From: a candidate division WOR-3 bacterium
GTDB taxonomy: Bacteria > Hydrothermota > 32-111
Assembly: GCA_037481815.1 (NCBI GenBank)
Contig: JBBFKX010000001.1
Coordinates: 64,001-128,000, forward strand
Reading direction: 5' to 3'
Length of the DNA stretch: 64,000 bases
The notes beneath the pieces are model-generated. The model did no database searches. It was not told the DNA's origin and saw nothing but the letters and a program-made list of their open reading frames with translations. This document shows positions 59,827-64,000 of this stretch, piece by piece (the first letter of the stretch is position 1; each line of letters begins with the position of its first letter). A program made the translations under genes and the position numbers.

Positions 59827-60951
59827 ATGAACTTAAAAAGTATTCCCCAACTTAAGATCGGGGATTTTATCGCAAAGATTCCAATCATACAGGGTGGAAT
59901 GGGTGTTGGAATATCATTATCAGGTTTAGCGTCAGCAGTAGCCAATGAAGGTGGGATAGGAGTTATAGCAGCTGCAGGAATTGGAATGCTTGAACCAGAT
60001 TTTGTAACAAATTTTAAAGAGGCAAACAGAAGAGCGTTAAGAAAAGAGATAAAAAAAGCGAGAGAAAAAACAGATGGAATAATCGGTGTTAATATTATGG
60101 TTGCACTTTCAGATTTTGAAGAACTTTTACTTGTAGCAATAGATGAAAAGGTAGATCTTGTTTTTATGGGTGCTGGGCTTCCTTTATTAAATCCTAATAG
60201 AATAACACCTGAGATGATAAAAAAATCAACTACAAAATTTGTTGTTATCGTTTCATCTGCAAAAGCCGCAAGAGTAATTTTTAGATATTGGGAGAATAAT
60301 TATAATTTGATTCCTGATGCGGTTGTTGTAGAGGGACCTATGGCTGGTGGTCATCTGGGTTTTAAGAAAGAAAATTTGAACGATCCCGATTATAAATTGG
60401 AAAAAATTGTTCCCGAAGTTATTGCTGAAATAAGAAATTTTGAAGAAAAATTCAATAAAAATGTTCCGGTTATCGCTGCTGGTGGAATTTTTAATGGGGC
60501 TGACATTTACAAATTTATACAAATGGGTGCAAGTGGTGTTCAGATGGCAACAAGATTTGTGGCAACTTATGAATGTGATGCTTCAGATGAATTTAAAAAG
60601 GAATATTTAAAATGCAGGAAAGATGATATAGTGATAATAGATAGTCCTGTGGGATTACCTGGAAGGGCGATAAAAAATAGTTTTATCAATGAGGTATATG
60701 AAGGAATAAAAAAACCTTTTAAATGTCCCTGGAAATGTCTTGCAACATGTGATTTTAAAAATGTTCCTTACTGTATCGCCTTGGCATTGACAAATGCGAA
60801 AAATGGTAAACTAACACAGGGTTTTACTTTCTGTGGTGCGAATGCTTATCTTGTTGAAAAGATAGTTTCAGTAAAAGAATTGATAAAGAATCTCGTTGAA
60901 GAGTATGAAAAAGTAAAAAATAATCCAGAGAAAACCCTAATATTTAGTTAG
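59827..60951 (+). CDS. Nitronate monooxygenase / FabK-like flavoprotein
   Basis: PIIQGGMG, GAGLP, EGP.AGGHLG, IAAGGI, QMATRF, SPVGLPGRA, Cys cluster CPWKCL.TC...YCI. Confidence 0.9.
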   Translation: MNLKSIPQLKIGDFIAKIPIIQGGMGVGISLSGLASAVANEGGIGVIAAAGIGMLEPDFVTNFKEANRRALRKEIKKAREKTDGIIGVNIMVALSDFEELLLVAIDEKVDLVFMGAGLPLLNPNRITPEMIKKSTTKFVVIVSSAKAARVIFRYWENNYNLIPDAVVVEGPMAGGHLGFKKENLNDPDYKLEKIVPEVIAEIRNFEEKFNKNVPVIAAGGIFNGADIYKFIQMGASGVQMATRFVATYECDASDEFKKEYLKCRKDDIVIIDSPVGLPGRAIKNSFINEVYEGIKKPFKCPWKCLATCDFKNVPYCIALALTNAKNGKLTQGFTFCGANAYLVEKIVSVKELIKNLVEEYEKVKNNPEKTLIFS

Positions 60952-60966
60952 AAACAAGTTTTTAAT

Positions 60967-61134
60967 TTAACTTAAAAAGACAAAATATAAATGGATCAAG
61001 GCAAAGATCAAAGTAATGAATGCTAAAATTTTATGATGAATAAGTTTCAATTTAAATTTTCGTAAGAAGATGCCTGAAAGTAGCGTGATACTCATAAAAG
61101 TAAATGAAAGAATACCTGAAATCAAGAATTTCAT
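60967..61134 (-). CDS. 55-aa two-TM His-containing membrane protein (below ORF-track cutoff)
   Basis: GAGGTG RBS; MKFLISGILSFTFMSITLLSGIFLRKFKLKLIHHKILAFITLIFALIHLYFVFLS*. Confidence 0.7.
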   Translation of the reverse strand: MKFLISGILSFTFMSITLLSGIFLRKFKLKLIHHKILAFITLIFALIHLYFVFLS

Positions 61135-61156
61135 AAACACCTCTTTATATTAAATT

Positions 61157-62029
61157 TTAAAGTTCGTTAAAAACTCTTAATCTGTTGCGCTTCAATAATC
61201 TTTCATCGTTTGGAACGATAAACTTCTTATTTCTTGGAGGAAATCTTCCATTTGTAAAACCCGCAATAATAAGTAAAAATCCAAAAATGAGTATCAAGAA
61301 AGAAGGTAAAATACTTAGAAGTAAAGACCAATTACTAAGATTCAACGAGAAGATGAAAGAAAAAAAGCCAGATTTTTCTGATTTTGGTAAAGTGTTCCAA
61401 TTATCAAAAATAACTTTAATAATCGATAGTCCAAGTAATGTTAATATTACCCCTGATATGAATGGTATAAGATGAAATTTTTTTCTTCTTGAAGTTGAAA
61501 TAGCGTCAAAAGGTAAAATTTCAGAATTTATGATTGGAGGTAACTCATCTGCGACTATTGTAAATTTGAAGTCACTCACAGATGGAGTGCCATTTATCAA
61601 AATTTTAGAGATAAAAAACTCACCACTGTTTAACAAAGGAAAAACAAATTTGATTTCATTTTTTTCTTTATTAAAGTTAAGATCTATTTTTCGACCTTCT
61701 GGAAATACATAGATAACACTTGAATCCAATATCTCAAAATCAGAGGGTAATTTCAAAGTTAATGGTTCAATAATATCCCTTATCGATCTGTCTCCTGTAT
61801 TTGCTATCAGAAATTGTATTTCATATAAATTGTCAATTTCTTTACCCTGATATTTAATTTGAAGATCTTTTTTGACATCCTTATCCATCCCTTCAAAAGG
61901 AGATGAATAGAATTGTATGTACGGGGTTAGCGATTTTTTTAAATTTTTTCTGTAAAAGTAAATTGAAACAAGTATTGTTGAAAATACTCCAATAACTATT
62001 CCTAAAATCGAAATTAAAAAATTATTCAT
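61157..62029 (-). CDS. Hypothetical membrane protein with Ig-like soluble domain
   Basis: GAGG RBS; one N-terminal and two C-terminal TMs; IANTG...PLLNSGE. Confidence 0.7.
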   Translation of the reverse strand: MNNFLISILGIVIGVFSTILVSIYFYRKNLKKSLTPYIQFYSSPFEGMDKDVKKDLQIKYQGKEIDNLYEIQFLIANTGDRSIRDIIEPLTLKLPSDFEILDSSVIYVFPEGRKIDLNFNKEKNEIKFVFPLLNSGEFFISKILINGTPSVSDFKFTIVADELPPIINSEILPFDAISTSRRKKFHLIPFISGVILTLLGLSIIKVIFDNWNTLPKSEKSGFFSFIFSLNLSNWSLLLSILPSFLILIFGFLLIIAGFTNGRFPPRNKKFIVPNDERLLKRNRLRVFNEL

Positions 62030-62071
62030 TTTGACCTCGATTGTTTAATCAAAAACAGTAAAATGTTTCGT

Positions 62072-62428
62072 TCAATTTTTTGCCTCTTTTATCGCAAATC
62101 TCTCTTTTTTGCTTCCCATAATATTACATGTAGCGGAAACTTCAATTAGAGTATCCGTAGGAGAGTTTCGAAAAAGAAAATATGCTTCTTCAAACTCCTT
62201 TGTTGACTGCTTGTAGAATTTTTGTTCAATCGATTCTTTTCCATTAACAAAAAGTTTTATAGATTTTATGTAATGCGCAGCAGGAGAAGGTACGGAATGA
62301 AAAACTTTCACATAGACAAGGTCGATTGAATCATTAAAAGTAATTTCAATTTTTGATGGACCATGTGCAAAGAGAAAAATTGAAAGAATTGTTAATGAAA
62401 TAATCAGGATGATTTTTTTCATATTCAC
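62072..62428 (-). CDS. Exported desulfoferrodoxin/superoxide-reductase-like small protein
   Basis: AGGAG RBS; signal peptide LFA|HGPS; VFHSV, HYIKSIKL, ATCNIMG. Confidence 0.65.
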   Translation of the reverse strand: MNMKKIILIISLTILSIFLFAHGPSKIEITFNDSIDLVYVKVFHSVPSPAAHYIKSIKLFVNGKESIEQKFYKQSTKEFEEAYFLFRNSPTDTLIEVSATCNIMGSKKERFAIKEAKN

Positions 62429-62519
62429 TCCTTTCTTTATTAATAATTTTATTCTATAGTATGAAATTTTACAAGAAAAAACATATTGACATCTAGAAAT
62501 TAGAACTTAATATTCTTAT

Positions 62520-63401
62520 ATGGGATTTCTAAATTTTTTTTACATTTCCCAGGTTTTTCTTTTTAGTTACTATTCCGAAATTTACATCGATAGTTTGAGA
62601 ATAAATTATTTTGAAACCGAAAGTAAAGATACTGTTCTAATCTGTCTTCATGGTTTTGGTTCTTATTCTTATTCTTTTGAAAAAATAAGTGAACATTTGA
62701 AAAACGATTTCCAGATTTTTGCTTACGATAGACCGGGATTTGGATTTTCAGACAGACCTGAAATAACAAAAAATAAAAATCCTTATTCTTATGAATATCA
62801 GGTAGAACTTTTAGAAAAGTTGATAGAAAAAAAAGGTTATAAAAACAAAAATATCTTTCTTGTAGGTAATTCACAGGGCGGATATATTTCTCTTTTATAT
62901 TCTTTAAAACATAAAAAAGATGTAAAAGGACTTATCCTGATAAATAGTGCAATCAATTCAAGAGATATAAATCGCGTTTTGAAATTTTTTTTGAAACTTC
63001 CTTTTGTTAAAAGTTTTACAATAAGAAAAATAAAGGACACTTTTATTGATCAAGGAGAAAAAATATTAAAAAAAGCTTTTTTTGATAGTACTAAATTAAC
63101 AAAAGAAATTTTAGAAAAATACAAAGAACCTACAAAGAAAGAAGGATGGGAGAGATCACTTTATTATATGACGATCAGTTCAAAAAATATTTTGAACAAA
63201 AATGATTTGAAAGAAATTGATATCCCAGTTTTAATAATCTCATCAACAAACGATTCAATAATACCTCAAAAGGTCAGTTTTGAAATAAAGGATTATATAA
63301 AAGGTTCAACGATAAAAATCATTGATGGTTGTGGCCATATACCACAAGAGGAGTGCCCTGAACAAACAGCAAAAATAATTATGAAATTTTTGGGAAGATA
63401 A
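62520..63401 (+). CDS. Alpha/beta hydrolase
   Basis: HGFG, DRPGFG.S, GNSQGG nucleophile, D, GHIPQEE. Confidence 0.92.
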   Translation: MGFLNFFYISQVFLFSYYSEIYIDSLRINYFETESKDTVLICLHGFGSYSYSFEKISEHLKNDFQIFAYDRPGFGFSDRPEITKNKNPYSYEYQVELLEKLIEKKGYKNKNIFLVGNSQGGYISLLYSLKHKKDVKGLILINSAINSRDINRVLKFFLKLPFVKSFTIRKIKDTFIDQGEKILKKAFFDSTKLTKEILEKYKEPTKKEGWERSLYYMTISSKNILNKNDLKEIDIPVLIISSTNDSIIPQKVSFEIKDYIKGSTIKIIDGCGHIPQEECPEQTAKIIMKFLGR

Positions 63402-63402
63402 G

Positions 63403-64000
63403 ATGAGAATTGGTTATCCATGCATTAATCTTGGTGTTGGGTGTTCTCCGAATGAAACATTTAGATTGAAAAATTATTCTGAAGAGAATTTAAAGGAAAA
63501 GGTAAAAAATAATCTTTCATGTTTATTAAAGATTCTTGAGTTTAACATTTCTAACAACATTTACTTTTTCAGAATCAGTTCTGATATTGTTCCATTCGCT
63601 TCCCATCCGATATGCAAATTCAAATGGCAGAAATTTTTTGAAAGGGATTTTAAACTTTTGGGAGAGATTATAAAAAATAATAAAATCAGAGTTTCGATGC
63701 ATCCAGACCAGTTTGTTTTGATCAACTCACCAGACGAAAAAATTGTTGAGAGAAGTATAAAAGAACTTGAATACCATTGTGACATTCTTGAACTTATGGA
63801 AACAGGTTATGATGCGAAGATCCAGATACATGTTGGTGGAGTTTATAATGATAAAGAAAAATCTATTTTAAGGTTTATTGAAAATTATGAAAAACTTCCA
63901 CAGCGTATAAAAAATCGATTGGTCATCGAAAATGATGATAGATCATTTTCTTTAAAAGATTGCTTGGTGATTTACAAAAAAACAAAAATACCAATCGTTT
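63403..64000 (+). CDS. uvsE: UV DNA damage endonuclease (runs off window end)
   Basis: Hand translation MRIGYPCIN...FFRISSDIVPFASHP...SMHPDQF...IHVGG...VIENDD. Confidence 0.93.
   Translation, partial: MRIGYPCINLGVGCSPNETFRLKNYSEENLKEKVKNNLSCLLKILEFNISNNIYFFRISSDIVPFASHPICKFKWQKFFERDFKLLGEIIKNNKIRVSMHPDQFVLINSPDEKIVERSIKELEYHCDILELMETGYDAKIQIHVGGVYNDKEKSILRFIENYEKLPQRIKNRLVIENDDRSFSLKDCLVIYKKTKIPIV

Noticed and set aside
1194..63785. Numerous short antisense or alternate-frame ORFs inside real genes (e.g. 5045-5452, 23975-24337, 58916-59332)
   Set aside because: Shadow ORFs without RBS or recognisable motifs

Overview
AT-rich bacterial chromosome segment using genetic code 11. Four large secreted proteins with T9SS-like C-terminal tails, together with the gene mix, suggest an FCB-associated or candidate-phylum lineage such as TA06/WOR-3; this is inference only. 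The housekeeping backbone includes lepA-lepB-hemW, aspC-obgE-dprA-scpB-pseudouridine synthase-Na/Pi transporter-rmlC-ugd, glnA, cobB, a heterodimeric ABC exporter, uvsE and three tRNAs (Ile2-CAT, Ser-GCT, Asn-GTT). Two accessory blocks interrupt it. The first is a pair of large secreted-protein genes at about 7.8-13.8 kb, where the first gene is switched off by a C8 tract inside its signal peptide. The second is a defence-type islet after tRNA-Ser, with an uncharacterised DHH-like gene convergent with an N4/N6 DNA methyltransferase, plus GmrSD. Both blocks end in the same exact 31-bp motif, and the second copy is followed by seven GTAG-type REP palindromes. Other notable items: a cyclase-STAND NTPase whose TPR sensor is a separate gene and has a second free paralog; an exported superoxide-reductase-like protein with an unannotated 55-aa His-rich membrane partner; near-universal 16-bp sigma70 spacers with many apparently leaderless genes; and two single-lesion pseudogenes (flavodoxin, GGDEF). 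All calls are by-eye motif recognition; no searches were run.
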